Source: Octopus vulgaris (taxonomy: Eukaryota). Taken from it: 64,000 bases of DNA. A program made the translations under genes and the position numbers. The notes beneath the pieces were generated by a model that saw nothing but the letters and a program-made list of their open reading frames with translations, was not told the DNA's origin and made no database searches. The stretch is from positions 69,068,001 to 69,132,000 of the forward strand of contig OX597818.1 in the NCBI GenBank assembly GCA_951406725.2, given 5' to 3'. This document shows, piece after piece, positions 26,326 through 39,424 of the stretch. Numbering within the stretch: the first letter of the stretch is position 1; the number at the start of each line of letters is the position of its first letter.

Positions 26326-26811
26326 ATATAATTTTATAGTTCATGTAAATCACACATCTACAGAGGTAAGCAACATTATTGCGAGTTCAAGTCCCACCAA
26401 GGTCAACTTTGCTTTTCAACATTCCCAGTTTCATAATATAAAGCACCAGCCAAGTGCTAAGGTTGACATAATCAACGATAACCCTTCTCTGAATTTAAGG
26501 CCTTTAATTACAATTTGAATTTTTAATGCATTAATGTTAGGGTCTAGCAAGATACAAAAGACATTAAGGATCACAATCAATCGTCAAATCAGCCAATAAC
26601 TTTAATAATTACATTTGATAAAATCTTGTTAGACCGTATGATCTCCACAGGAGTTGAATTTTTATTGGAATGATTTTTGCTCTTGACAACGAGTTAAAAG
26701 CCACCAAGTTCTCAGAAGTTGATCTGCTGGATCGATTGTTACAAATTCACCTCTGACAGCAGAGATTATGAAAGAATAATTTATTTGCAAATGAAAATAA
26801 AGATGACAAAA

Positions 26812-26884
26812 TAATAATGATAATAATAATGATGATGATGATGATGAAAAAGATGATGACGACAACAACGATGATGATGATGAA

Positions 26885-26916
<32 letters not shown>

Positions 26917-27072
26917 GGATGAGGATGATGATGATGGTGATGATGATGATGATGGTGATGATGATGGTGGTAGTGGTGATGATGATAATGATGATGATGG
27001 TGAGGAGGATGATAATAATAATAATAATTATAATATTATCATTATTATTAATAATAATAATAATAATAATAA
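26812..27072. repeat. (GAT)n then (TAA)n microsatellite
   Basis: Seen directly. Confidence 0.97.
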
Positions 27073-27074
27073 CA

Positions 27075-27528
27075 AATCAATGAAAGTATAAAAGCATTGG
27101 GATGTGGAGAGTGAAGAAGGTAACTCTCGTACCAGTAACTGTAGGGAGTGCATTGGAGAGAGCAAAGGGGAAGATTTCAAGATTAACAGAAAAGATCAAA
27201 GTAGATTGTGTGATGGAACTATTGCAAAGAGTTTGCTTATTTGGAGCAGTTAAAATATTAGAAAGAGCATTTGATGATTGGATTGATTAAAAGGAACAGA
27301 AAGGGCTAAAAGGAGGTTGCTTGATGTCTAGGGTTACTGGTTGTGGCCTGTTATTGATGCAAAGGAGTGACCAGGTTATAAGCATCATCCTGAGAAAGAA
27401 ACCATTCTACAGGAAATAGCACTGTTAGGCACAGCACGCAGCCAACATGAAGCACTTTCAGTATAATGAGAAGAACAACACTAAAACAAACCAGAGCACA
27501 GGGAAAAGCACGTCGTAAAAATAAGGCA
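27075..27528 (+). mobile_element. Two tandem 3' fragments of R4/Dong-type (restriction-like endonuclease) LINEs
   Basis: MWRVKKVTLVPVTVGSALE..ELLQRVCLFGAVKILERAF, then ILQEIALLGTARSQHEALSV*. Both match the C-terminal W...VP..IGALG...LQK..LLGTA.ILR pattern and are preceded by (TAA)n. Confidence 0.75.
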
Positions 27529-27529
27529 A

Positions 27530-27712
27530 ATCATCATCATCATCGTTTATCATTATCATCATCATCATCGTCGTTTATCATGCGTCTTCCATGCTGGCAT
27601 GGGTTGGATGGTTTGACAGAAGCTGGCAAGGCTGGAGAGCTGCATAAATCTCCAATTGTCAGTTTGGGTATGGTTTTCTTTTTATGGCTGAATGTCCTTC
27701 CTAATGCCAACC
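27530..27712 (-). mobile_element. RTE 3'-end repeat (family A)
   Basis: (CAT)n TTCCATGCTGGCATGGGTTGG. Confidence 0.85.
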
Positions 27713-27957
27713 AGGCATCATGTCCATTTGATTCTAGGATCATAATGGTATGAGGAAGATGAACAAAGAAAGTACAATATCTTAAAATTTGAAATAGGAA
27801 GAATTTGAAGAATGCGAACAGTAAAGATCTTGCCTATAATAATTGGTGTGTTGGGGAACAGTAAACCATATGTATATATATTTATATATATATATATACA
27901 TATATAAAAATATATATATATATATATGTGTGTGTGTGTATATACATACATATATAT

Positions 27958-28240
27958 ACTAGCTGAGGTACTCGGTAATAAATTACTGTTAATAAGATGT
28001 CTGTTTATAGCCATGAAACCTTTTTCGTCATATTGATGTCACGATGGCTAGTGCGAAAAATGTTGAAATTTTACAATTTTTGAAAAATCGTTTTTTTTTT
28101 AAATTCTGAGTGTGTAAGTGACTACATGGACACAAGCCCCACACACGTGTCAAGTTTCATCAAGGTCGGTTGGATAGTTTCAGAGAAGTTAAAGTGACAA
28201 ATTCACAAACACACAAACTTGCCATTTATTATTATTATTA
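27958..28240 (-). mobile_element. Non-autonomous Helitron/Helentron-like element
   Basis: ACTAG terminus (CTAGT on -) and the CAAGTTTCATCAAGGTCGG...ACAAACACACAAAC..TTTATTA pattern typical of DINE-1/HINE-like elements. Related to 60640-61030. Confidence 0.55.
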
Positions 28241-28271
28241 TTATTATATAAATATATATATATATATATAA

Positions 28272-28440
28272 TAATAAGACGAAGACAGATGGTGTACAAA
28301 ACAAACAGATGTATTAGTATAACGCTCAGGAATAGAAAAAGTCTTTTACGTTTCGAGCCTATGCTCTTCTACAGAAAGGGACACAGAAAAAACAAGGAGA
28401 GAAACAAGGAGAGAAAAAAAATGTGTAGTGGCTAACGATA
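28272..28440 (-). mobile_element. Penelope pLTR-like fragment with a hammerhead-like fold (28343-28378); degenerate copy near 38845-38960
   Basis: On -, CTTT CTGTAGA A GAGC-ATAG-GCTC GAAA CGT A AAAG. Inserted in a TA tract. Confidence 0.6.
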
Positions 28441-30135
28441 TATATATGTACACACACACGCACACATACACATATTTATAGTGCCCTTCACTTGATTGTT
28501 GATACTATCAGCAAAAAAAACATTCAATTCAAAAAATATCATTTAGTGAATAAACAAGTTAGATGTGGGTTACTTCAAGTTCTTTGCTTCGAATGTCTGG
28601 AAAGTCCAATAACCATTTGGAGTCGCATAGAATATCATGCTCGCCTGGCAATCATTCAGGGTCAAATAAATTGGTTTGTCCATGAGGAAATATGAGAAAT
28701 AAAGGAGAAAACATGAAAAAATATTTTTAAAAAAAGTTAAAGAATAATCTAAGGGAAAGAATAATTATTCTGCTCATGGAATCTGGCTTATAAGATTATT
28801 GTTAATGTTGACGAGTGCTTAATGCAGTTTAACTAAATGTTGTCATCTAACAAAGCTGTATCTTGTGGGAGTAGTCAAAGTGGGAGGGGCTAAAATGCTT
28901 TAAACTGCATATCTTATTTACTGACAGCAGTGCTTTCCAGTCCAATAACAGAAACTTTTCTAGATGCATACAACTTAGTTTTTCTCATCTCAAGTTGTGA
29001 AGGCTGATTCAATTCTTTGATCTAATGAGGATGATTTTCCTTTTTTTTGTTTTGTTTTTTTTTTCAGCTATAGAGACCCTGCGTATTTGTTGACCATCTA
29101 GTGTCTGGACTAGATCTCTCTTCAATGCTCCACTTAACTTGTTTGTTACTCTGCTGTCATTCAAGTTTCAGCTAGATTATTCGGTATGGCTTTTAATACT
29201 ATATATCCTAAAATTCAAGCTCCACTAACACTAACCTATTATTGATAGCTTTATGTATTTAGATTTCAACTGTTAAGAACAATACATACATGTATGTATG
29301 TATATTTGTATATATGTATGTATATTTGTATGTAAAGAGAGAGAATTGATGTATAAACATGAAACAATATATATACTCCAGTTAATAACTCGTAATTGAG
29401 AGACACATCTATATATGTATGTGTATGTGTATGTGTGAGTATCTCTATCTCTCCCTTCCCCCCTCTCTCTCTCTCTCTCTCTCTGTCTCATTCTCTTGCT
29501 TTCTGCCAATAGCTCTTAACTCCTTCAAAGTTTTTCCAAAAGGTTAAACTTAACTCAAATTCAAGGGAAAGAGTTTTGAGAAAATTCCATGCTGCGGCCA
29601 TCCATTTATACCCGTTCCCCTCCCGTCCCCCCTCCTCTGATGTCAAATGGGGGGGGGGGAGACTCTCAATCGATGTCTATAAAAGTAGGCAAATGACTTG
29701 AGACATTTAAAAGAAAAAAGAACACAAAAACAAAATAAAAAAGCTAGCAACATTCACAAAAAATAATAAATAAAAATAAAAGAAAACCACTAAGATGAAA
29801 CCTTAGAAAAATCATGAAACAAAATGCCTGAAACTTTTTCTATCAAAGATGGTTCCTTCAACTTATATCTTTACTTAAACGAACAAGATAAATGAACAGA
29901 ATAAACATAATTCTTTTCTGATATTTCATATTCAGTGTTATTATTATTATTATTATTTTCATCATCATTATTATTATTATTATTGCTATTATTTTATTTT
30001 AGTCAATATCAGTTGGAGAGATTATAATTTTCAATACCTTGTTAAGGTATATCACATTAGAGTAATACAACAAGGAAAGATTTGAAGAAATTGCCATCTG
30101 AAGTTTAGATGTATGTGTCCTAGAATTTAGTGTTG

Positions 30136-30186
<51 letters not shown>

Positions 30187-30504
30187 CAGCGTGTGTGTAC
30201 ACACACGTGTGTGTATTTTTATGTCCATTTTTCCATACTAGAATGAATTAGATATAGAGTAAATAGTTTTTAGGCCCTATTTTGCAACCTGATGCCTTTC
30301 TTGTTGCTAACCCTTACATTTTTTTTCCTTTCAGCAATCTTTAAAGTTACACAGATTCAAAGTTACAAAAATTCAGAAGATGATTTGCTTGCAGGAGAAA
30401 TAATCAGAAGATCGGTGCTTATATCACAAGATTTTCTGGAAGTGCAAATGTCAAAATACTTACAAAAGGCACCAATACAAATATATATACTAACTAAAAA
30501 TACA

Positions 30505-31420
30505 ATCTGCCAACAGAACTGGTTTCAATGAATCAGAGAAGTGTTAGAATAAATTTAAGGACGATGCAGCCTTTGTTAAAACCATTTTAGTTTGGTCTGA
30601 GTTGTGTTTTTCCAGGGCCTCAGATGTGATTGAGCCCGATGAGGCTGAAGTGCTTGGCTGAGCATGGCATCAGGCCAATGCCACAACACAAGCCAGTTTC
30701 TAGTAGACCTACCTTTTCCAAAATGGGAATGATACAGTTTATCTTGAATTTTTGGTGGAGGTTGAGGTGATATAAGTAGAATTTAGAATAGGAAGATGTT
30801 AAGGAACAAACTCAGGATTCTGAAGAAGCTTTGGAGGAAAACCATCTTCACACCACACAATTTCCCAGTCTGGGGCATTTTGACAGCAATTGCTCATGTG
30901 TAAAAAGATTCGAGCGCGGTCGTTGCCAGTACCACCTGACTGGTCCCCGTGCCTGTGGCATGTAAAAGCACCCACTACACTCTCAGAGTGGTTGGCATTA
31001 GGAAGGGCATCCAGCTGTAGAAACTCTGCCAGATCAAAGCTGGAGCCTGGTGCAGCCATCTGGTTCGCCAGCCCTCAGCCAAACCATCCAACTCATGCTA
31101 GCATGGAAAGTGGACGTTAATCGATGAGGATGATGATGTTCATGAGAGATGTGTTGTTGTTGAGCAGTTTTTCAAAATGGGATTCCCAACCAGTTGATCT
31201 TTCAAATAACTTGCTTTTAGTTTTGATGCTTGCTTAGATTTGCAATCAGACATGTTGCTTATGGCTTTCCATACTCTGGTGCTTTCTCTGCTGCCATCTG
31301 CTTCCATTATACTGTTGATCTGTTCTTCGATGTACACCTTTTGCTGTGCAGTGTATGGCTGAGCTGAAGCTGTTACAGCATTACTTATATTCCGGCAGAC
31401 TCATTCTTCTGATTTGCTTA
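30505..31420 (-). mobile_element. Inverted 5' segment of an RTE-type LINE ORF (linker plus RT domains 0-2), interrupted by a family A copy at 30892-31139
   Basis: On -, VYIEEQINSI..VWKAIS..WESHFEKLLN / GKLCG.DGFPPKLL / CIIPILEKVG..CCGIGL..AKHFSLIGLNHI / LRPN*NGFNKGC..FILTL. Confidence 0.8.
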
Positions 31421-32600
31421 TTTCACAAAGGCTGTTCCACTCTTGAACCTATTTTAACTCTTCATCGACTCATCAAAACCATCTTGGCAAAGAAAGATAT
31501 GTCTTTCTGTGCCTGTCTCTGTGGAGTTCACCAAAACCTTTGACTCTGTCCACTATGAATGAAGGTTCCAGATTCTCTCTGATTAGGACATACCAAATGA
31601 AGTTGTAAATGCTATCTGCTCTGTCTATGCAGACTGCAAAATTTCCTTAGGAACCCCTGGTGGAGACACCAATAAAAACACTCAACACAGAATTTCTCCA
31701 AGTAGACACCTTAACTCCTTTATTTTTCATTGTAGTCTTGGACTATGTATGAAGGCATTCTATGGCATCTGTACTGGGCATCACTCTCTGTCCCCATCAT
31801 ACCTCACTGCCCTTGATTTCGCAGATGACGTTGCCCTTATCTTGCATATAATCACAAATACTAAAATTAATGTCACAAACCTAGAGTCAGCTGCCGTTGA
31901 AGTTAGTCTCTCAATTAAGCCCTTGCAGACAAAGACCATGAGCACTGATGAAAATGCTGGTGTGCGTATCCTTACACTTTCATCATGGCACATTGAATCA
32001 GTGACCAATTTCTGCTTCCTGAACACTTGTATTTGCTCTACCAACACAGATGTTAACATGCATAAATCGATAACACGGTCAGCATCTGACATCATCATCA
32101 TCATCATCATCATCATCATTTAACGTCCTTGTTCCATGCTAGCATGGGTGCGATGCTATGGAATATTTGGAAAGCACCATAACTGTCGTGTGACCTAAAA
32201 TTATGCCTGTTTCATGCTAAAGCAGAACCTGTTCTCTAGGGCCCTGTATGTTCAACAATAATCACTAGGCAGCACATATACTTGACTTCTGTGCAAGGCC
32301 TTCAACATCTCTTGTGCCAGTCATGCATGAAACTGTGTGGATCTTTACTTGTTGGTCAAACAATCAAACAAAAATGGCTAAAACTCATGGACCACAGTTT
32401 TTGTCAAATAGATGAATCTGTCAATGCACATTTTTTTTGTATAACCTTGTGGAAATGTTCAAGTTGGGGGGGGTAGGCTTGTATGACATACGTTCATGGA
32501 GACACAGGACTGTCACAGAGTTAGCATGCTCAATGTCACCTCAAACAACCTGGAGGAAAATTTGCTATTGAGTTGGAGTCAACTTCCATTAAGGATGAGG
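31421..32600 (+). mobile_element. RTE-type LINE reverse transcriptase remnant, 3' segment
   Basis: FHKGCSTLEPILTLHRLI, VEFTKTFDSV, DTLTPLFFIVVLDYV, LDFADDVAL, IESVTNFCFL and TIKQKWLKLMDH. Many stops. A family A tail is inserted at about 32090-32150. Confidence 0.88.
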
Positions 32601-33675
32601 CACTGACTTTCGTCTTCATCCAAGACTTCACTCAAATTCAAAATATGGATTTGTTTTTGTTAACTACATTCCAACAATGAAGCTTTGTATCTTTGCTAGA
32701 AACCGACTCTTTCCTTATGGGAAGATTTCAAATAATAAAAAAATAGAAGAGAAAATGTGTGTGTGTGTATGAATATGCTCCCTAGGGTTCATCCTTAATG
32801 GCTTATTCAAAACGTCTATTATACAAATATATATAGTTGAAGAGTTAATATGAACAACAAAACATGAGACTTCTCTTGAATAAAGGATTAAAGATGATGT
32901 TAGATGGTAAGAATTTATACCATTTATTGACGACAAACATTTTTGGTAAGCTGCCAAACTTTTCTCCCAGATGAATTTATCAAATGTTTGAAAAGCTCGG
33001 TTGAGGGGGAAACATTTGGCTGTTTGTCATGAATCATAAATAACATACACCTACACATACTCACACATGCACATATAAAACGTCTGCCCACCCACACATA
33101 CAAACAGATACACACACATAAACTTATATGTATATGTTGAACCCCACCACACCTCCACTTAGATGTTAGTGTATGTGTTTACTTTACCTTGATAGTAAAC
33201 CTATTGAATCTTCTGATATTTGCAGTCGCAATATTTGATAAGCGAGGGACTTGGCCAAATGAATATAAAGCTAAATAAAAAGTGGAGAATTAAATCAGTA
33301 AATGTAATCCTGGTTCAGGCTTTTTATTTTGTTTTTTCTACTTTGATGAAATGGCAAGAGGAACCTCAGGTGAATGAAATAAAATATTGAAAGAAATTTT
33401 CATGTTTCCCCTTTTTTTGTGTGTGTGTATTTTTATTTACTTATTTATTTTTATATTTTTGTGTCTCAAAGTACTTCAGAAATTTTTAGGAACATTTTTA
33501 TGTAATCTGTAAAATGTTGAGAGAACAGAAATATATTAAAACACTCGGGGGTTTATACTGGGCACGGAAGGAAGGCCTCCAATATTTTACACAACCATTG
33601 ATGTGACTCTAGTGAAGCAAGGCAAATGTTAATAGTGGTTCCATGTTGCTAATGTTTCACCATTTATTTGTGCAG

Positions 33676-33821
33676 GCACCATCGTGGTTTGGCCTGATGC
33701 AGACCATATGTTTGCACTTGAAATATTTATGAAGAATGGTGAACTTCAGGTGCTTTTGGTGCACCCTGCTGATCTTGAACTTGAAGGAAAACTATTTTGT
33801 ACGCATTGCTTCCTTTTCCAT
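33676..33821 (+). other. Orphan candidate internal exon (146 nt, one open frame)
   Basis: Branch-like CTAAT at 33649, acceptor TTTATTTGTGCAG, donor CAT|GTAAGT. The open frame reads (G)TIVVWPDADHMFALEIFMKNGELQVLLVHPADLELEGKLFCTHCFLFH, which I do not recognise. Confidence 0.3.
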
Positions 33822-33884
33822 GTAAGTTAAATTTCAGAAGAATCCAAGATTTTGTATGGTAACTGATCAATAATCGATCAAGCC

Positions 33885-34738
33885 GAAAGGATCATAGGCT
33901 GACAATGGAATGGGAACAAATGAGGTCTAATTTTCAGCCCTGTCCCACTCCCCTTGCACTCCACACACTTCTTCGGTCAGAGTTGTAATGCTTGGATCCC
34001 CTTAGTGAAGATGTCCTGTTGGTCAAAAAAGTCTTCAACAGCAGATAGGACATCATCATCACTGTAATACTGGTACCCAGCCAAGCGTTTTGTCCTGTTG
34101 GGGAACAGATTATAGTCAGATGAGGCCACATCAGGAGAAGATGGAGGATAAACAGCCAGTTCCAAGCCACAGTCACACACTGAAACCACGGACTTGTGTA
34201 CTGAAGCATTTTCCTGATGAAACAAGACCACTTTCATCTGATTTCCTGGCTTCTTGGTCTTCATAGCCTTTAGTGACTGCCTCTGTAAGTTGGTCACTCT
34301 CCATGGACAAGGTGACACTTTTGAAGATTGTCAATAAACACAATGTCTTTTGCATTCTGAAGAACTTAAGCCACCACCTTCCCTGCAGACAGAATAATGA
34401 CCTTGGCTTCTGATGAAGAAGGTGAGGGGAGGGGTTCCACTGCATGGATCATCCCCCTAATATAGTAAACATGTCAGTATGAATGTTCTTGGAGTTTAAA
34501 ATATTTTTCTGCAGTAATTTGATGAAACCATGATTCCAAATTTTGTCATTTTCAAGAGAAGTCTGTACTGGTTGTTTCTGAAGTCTTCTTTGAATGGTCA
34601 GATATCAGTTTACATTCATGGGAAGAAACATTGCAGTTATTAATATGAAGAGTTGAAGTGAATGCATGCAAGATTTCCTCGCTCTAGCATCACTCCTTCA
34701 TAGTCAGCCGATGAACGTCACAGTCAACCCTCATGTAC
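33885..34738 (-). mobile_element. Internally deleted mariner (DD34D) element with both ends
   Basis: VLFHQENASVHKS..YPPSSPDVASSDYNLFPN..YSDDDVLSAVEDFF..KGIQALQ. TCAT(A/C)GGCTGAC is present in inverted orientation at both ends. Confidence 0.88.
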
Positions 34739-34917
34739 AAAGAAACAAATTCATCCCTCATAAATACGACAATCTATTGAATGCCACAAAATCAATTCTA
34801 TTGAATAATGAGGATTCTAGATAAATCTTATGGTTTTTGACACTTCTTAAGTTGGTGAAATTCTTTGCACTGAACATGATGGTGAACAACAGAAAGGGTA
34901 ATTTCAGAATACTTTAA

Positions 34918-35118
34918 CCCTTTTGTTACTATTTTGAAATGCTCTGTATTTCATTCAATTAATTTCAAATATAACAAAGAATTTAGTAAAATAACTTAAT
35001 TATCATTAAGCTAGTGTTAGGAACATAAATTGTGACTAAGGTTTGGTGGAAGATTTTAATTCAAAACTTTTGAAAACAAAACATTTGTACTACAGAGCCA
35101 GAGGGGGTTTCAAAAGGG
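34918..35118. mobile_element. piggyBac-type MITE
   Basis: TTAA|CCCTTTTG ... CAAAAGGG|TTAA, with TTAA target duplications at 34914 and 35119. Confidence 0.88.
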
Positions 35119-36088
35119 TTAAGCACCTTCCATTTTCTGCTGTCCTCTTTAAAGTTAATTTAACTCATTATTCACTAACGAAGAAAAAAATTAGTAAAAG
35201 GAAGATGCTTACTCAAACCACCCCACCCAACCTCCAGCCCAATGACGTCAAAAATAAGTTTCCTCGGTCATGTCTGGACCCTAATAATAGCTCTGAAAGA
35301 AACCAGACTCCAGCACTAAATGGAAAAGTTTGAAAATGACCTTCCTTCAATTGACACGTGACATCCTCATGTACTGAAGGTCCCTCACCTGGCTCAGAAG
35401 CACCATGAATTCAGTGATTGACTCTCAAACACCTGTGAAGGAAAAAAGGACATTCCAAAGCAGCTTGGGCAGATAGGGGTCACAAGAATGGTTCTTCTAC
35501 CTGCGAATCTGGAAAGGGAGACCTTATTTTCTCTCTACAAAAGCCTGAAGCTTAAACGATCTTAAAGAGTTCAAAGCAAATGTAGTTTAATGATCAGAGT
35601 AGATACAGCCATCGTAAAGAAAACGAGAATTCTTTCATAGAAATAATTAACAAAGTTGTTGGCCTTTGGTAAGTTTGAAATATTGTTTACTAACTGCTGT
35701 CTGACAGTTACTTTGTATTCTTTGATGGTGTCCAAGAATATCCATTAACTGTCTAATATGTCACATCACTGAGAGTTTCTCTCTCTCTCTCTCTTCTAAA
35801 TATGTAACTGAATATCTATGTGCTCTTGGTTTACTCAAGGTTCTGGTCACTCCGTGGCTACATTAGAAGCCTCTTGTCTAAGATGCCATGAAGTATGAGA
35901 TCAAACCTCAAGCTACATGGCAACTATACAACCAGATTTGATCATGATTCAAATGGCTGGAACCACCAAAAGAGAAAAAGAGAAAAATCTATAATGTTTC
36001 TCTTGCATTTATCAATTTTACCAGCAAAACACTCCAACCTAAATCCAGTTGCTTCTCTTGCACCATTCCAACCTTTATCTTTCTCTCT

Positions 36089-36145
<57 letters not shown>

Positions 36146-36267
36146 CACTATTTCTCTAATGAATGTTCTCATTCTCTTTTCAAAAACATTTTCTCTTCTA
36201 TTTTATTAAAAACTCACTCAAGAGAGACAGATTTTACAACCAAAAGCTGTCTCAGACTTTGGTCTTA

Positions 36268-36660
36268 CTTACTTGTTTCAGTCATTTGATTGCAGCCATG
36301 CTGGAGCACTGCCTTTAGTTAAGCAAGTCAAACCCAGGACTTATTCTTTGTAAGCCTAGTACTTGTTCTATCAGTCTCTTTTGATGAACTGCTAAGTTAT
36401 GAGGACGTAAACACACCACCATCGGTTGTCAAAAAATGTTGGGGGGACAAACACAAACATATATACACACACAAACACACACAGAGATATATACATATAT
36501 ATACGAAGAGCTGCTTTCAGTTTCCGTCTACCAAATCCACTCACAAGGCTTTGGTCGGCCCGAGGCTATAGTAAAAGACACTTGCCCAAGGTGCCATGCA
36601 GTGGGAATGAACCTGGAACCATGTGGTTGGTAAGTAAGCAACTTACCAAACAGTCACTCA
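36268..36660 (-). mobile_element. Full-length SINE family C
   Basis: Homologous to 3050-3461. Confidence 0.9.
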
Positions 36661-37532
36661 TGATAAACATGCCATAGCCCCTATTAATCCCTCTTTCTTT
36701 AAGGTTGGTAGCCTTAAAGCACTCCTGGTCTTAACTACCTCCTTGGCCCCTTCTGTTTGGTGGCATTCAGTAGGTTCCATCTTTATTTACTTTCTCACCA
36801 TTGAAGAACGGTCATATCATTGGCTAGAAATTTCCAAAGGACAAATCAAAGCATCTCAGATAATACAAAGTGATAACGTTAAGTCTGTAACTCAGAACAG
36901 AATTGAAATTCTTCTTATTCAATTTGAATTGAAGAATTTTGAGTTTGATCATGAGGTTTGAATATCTGCTGGTCGATGTCTACTGGAAAAGAAAATATAC
37001 GAAAAGATAAAAGATTGCATTTGATTTCAAAAGTCTGGAGAGAAAGTATTTGGTGTAGTGTTTAGCTGCAAGGTAAACCAGCAAACATGAGACATTCTAA
37101 TATATATATATATATATGTACACACGTATAATCAACATCATCACTATCATCATCATCATCATCATCATCATTTAACACCTGCTTCCCATACTGGCCTGGA
37201 TTGGATAGTTTGACTAGAGCCTGTAAGCTACACCAAGTTCTGTCGAAAATAGATGAATGGATGGTTTCACTAAAATGTTTCATTCAGAAATTTCATTGTA
37301 ACATAACATTACACATGCAGTTAAATAAGTTGTGTAACATCTATATGTGATTATACAATACTTTATATTTAGACTCTCAAATCTTCAGGCTAAACCATAA
37401 GCAAGGCAATAATCAACATGCTCTCAGATTAGCAAGTCCAAAAGCATCTGAATATTCAAAACAGAAATACCAACAGTTCAATAGTGTGGTCCCCTTTAAT
37501 ATCTCACTCTCTCTCTCTTTATTACTTTATAC

Positions 37533-37596
<64 letters not shown>

Positions 37597-37743
37597 TTCG
37601 TTTTCAGATTTGGTTTGCAAGATTCTTTATATGAGTTCGTGTGTTGAAGCATGTTCTGTTGTGTCTGGGGAGAGTCATTTTCGTTGCGTCTTGTAACCTT
37701 TTCAATAGTTAAAAAAGAAAATGACTCTCTCCAGACACAACAG
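37597..37743 (-). mobile_element. Second copy of the 23926-24112 element, with an internal deletion and a short inverted duplication
   Basis: On -, CTATTGAAAAGGTTACAAGACGCAACGAAAAT joins GACTCTCCCCAG at a GAAAAT microhomology. 37711-37743 repeats part of it in the opposite orientation. Confidence 0.75.
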
Positions 37744-37744
37744 C

Positions 37745-37784
<40 letters not shown>

Positions 37785-37785
<1 letters not shown>

Positions 37786-38158
37786 CAAACTGGGACAAGA
37801 ACGCAAAACATTTAGAAGACAATACAAAAAACATAGACGAGACATTCGAAGCCTTCAATCTTCAGTCAAGAACCAGACCATCCTCGCAATTTCGCCTGAT
37901 TAATCTTGAGATTGCACCAATCTGACCAGCCCCAATGAAAAACTAAGCTAAGCACATTAGATTCCTTGGAAAAAAGCTTCGAATGTATACAAAACAGGGA
38001 CGGAAAACCGGACAATGTTACACGAATATGAATACAAAACTAATACGGAAAAACAATAAAAATAATAATAATAACAACAACAGGACGTCACAAACAGGCG
38101 TCTTTTGACTTAGACGAATTAAACTCAGCTGGCATGTTAGGAATGTGCCTTGAGGCAG
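37785..38158 (-). mobile_element. Unclassified repeat in a TA tract, probably Penelope-like
   Basis: Flanked by (TA)n. On - it contains GACTGAAGA..TTCGAATGTC, a degenerate hammerhead-like core. Confidence 0.35.
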
Positions 38159-38188
38159 ATATATATATATATATATATACATATACAT

Positions 38189-38698
38189 ACACAGTGAGCA
38201 ATGGGTAAATTGTTGTCATTTTATACTTTTAATTTCACGCGTGCACATTGTTGTTGCTTTTGTCAACTACACAGTATAGTAGGGTCAGTTGGACACTGTC
38301 TGTGTGAAAAACAGCACCATGACACAAGTCACTCTGCCAGAAATTTGGAAATGACATGCTGTACTGCTTGGCATTTGCGCCAGAAGCTGCATTACGGACA
38401 TTTCAAAGTGTTTGGGTATCAGTCTGATGACATATACTGAGAGTGGTAAAAATCAAACATCCAGTGTTTGGAGTGATCACTAGAGATGGCGACGTAATGC
38501 CTCCATTCATCTTCCCACATGGCCTCAGATTCAACATGGACGCCTGCATCAAGTACTTGGAGGAAATAGCGCAATTTCATTCAGTAAATGTACTCTTTAG
38601 TATTTCAAAATATTTTTATGTAATTTGGGTAAATATATCTGTTAAAATGAGATGTCAAGTGTTATTTCCATTTTGCATAATTTAGATGGCATTCTGTA
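38189..38698 (+). mobile_element. Internally deleted Tc1/mariner (maT/DD37D-like) element
   Basis: KIKHPVFGVITRDGDVMPPFIFPHGLRFNMDACIKYLEE. Ends are TACACAGT..ACAGTG and CATTCTGTATA. Confidence 0.75.
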
Positions 38699-38781
38699 TA
38701 TATCATCATCATCATCGTCTGCTTTCCATGCGGGCATGGTCTAGATGGTTTGACTGGACTGGCAAGCCAGTAGGCTGCACC

Positions 38782-38836
<55 letters not shown>

Positions 38837-39164
38837 GTTGAATTTTATAGAAAAGCAAAGCAAGTGTATTAGTTTGATGTTTGAGAAATGAAAAAGTGTT
38901 TTACATTTTGAGTCTATGCTCTTCAACGGAAAGGAATAAGAGAAAATAAACAGAGGAAGGGAAAAACGATTCCTTCAAAGGGGTGTAAAATATCCAAATC
39001 ACTGGTACAGCAGTTGAATACCACAGAAGTAAGGGTATAAATACAAATTACAAATAATAAATTAAATTGAGATATACAATTGACAATTTAACTATTTATT
39101 ACATTATAATATAATATAAAATATAAGATAATATGTGCAAATATATATATGTTTGTGTGTATGT

Positions 39165-39229
<65 letters not shown>

Positions 39230-39424
39230 TATAGGCAATACATTGACATAACAAACAAACTCTTTGAAAATTATTTATATCTAAACTAGTGGTAGATATA
39301 ATTTGTCTCCTTAAAGTCAGCAATTAAAAAAGAAACATAAGTATTAATAAAAAAATATTAAAAAATTTCTCCTTTCTTCTAGTTGAATGCTAAATCTAAT
39401 TAACTACAAAGAAAGCTTGAAAAA

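Noticed and set aside
30292-30531. 79-aa ORF and apparent acceptors at 30334 and 30615
   Set aside because: The ORF starts within a family B remnant and runs into the antisense of the inverted RTE segment.
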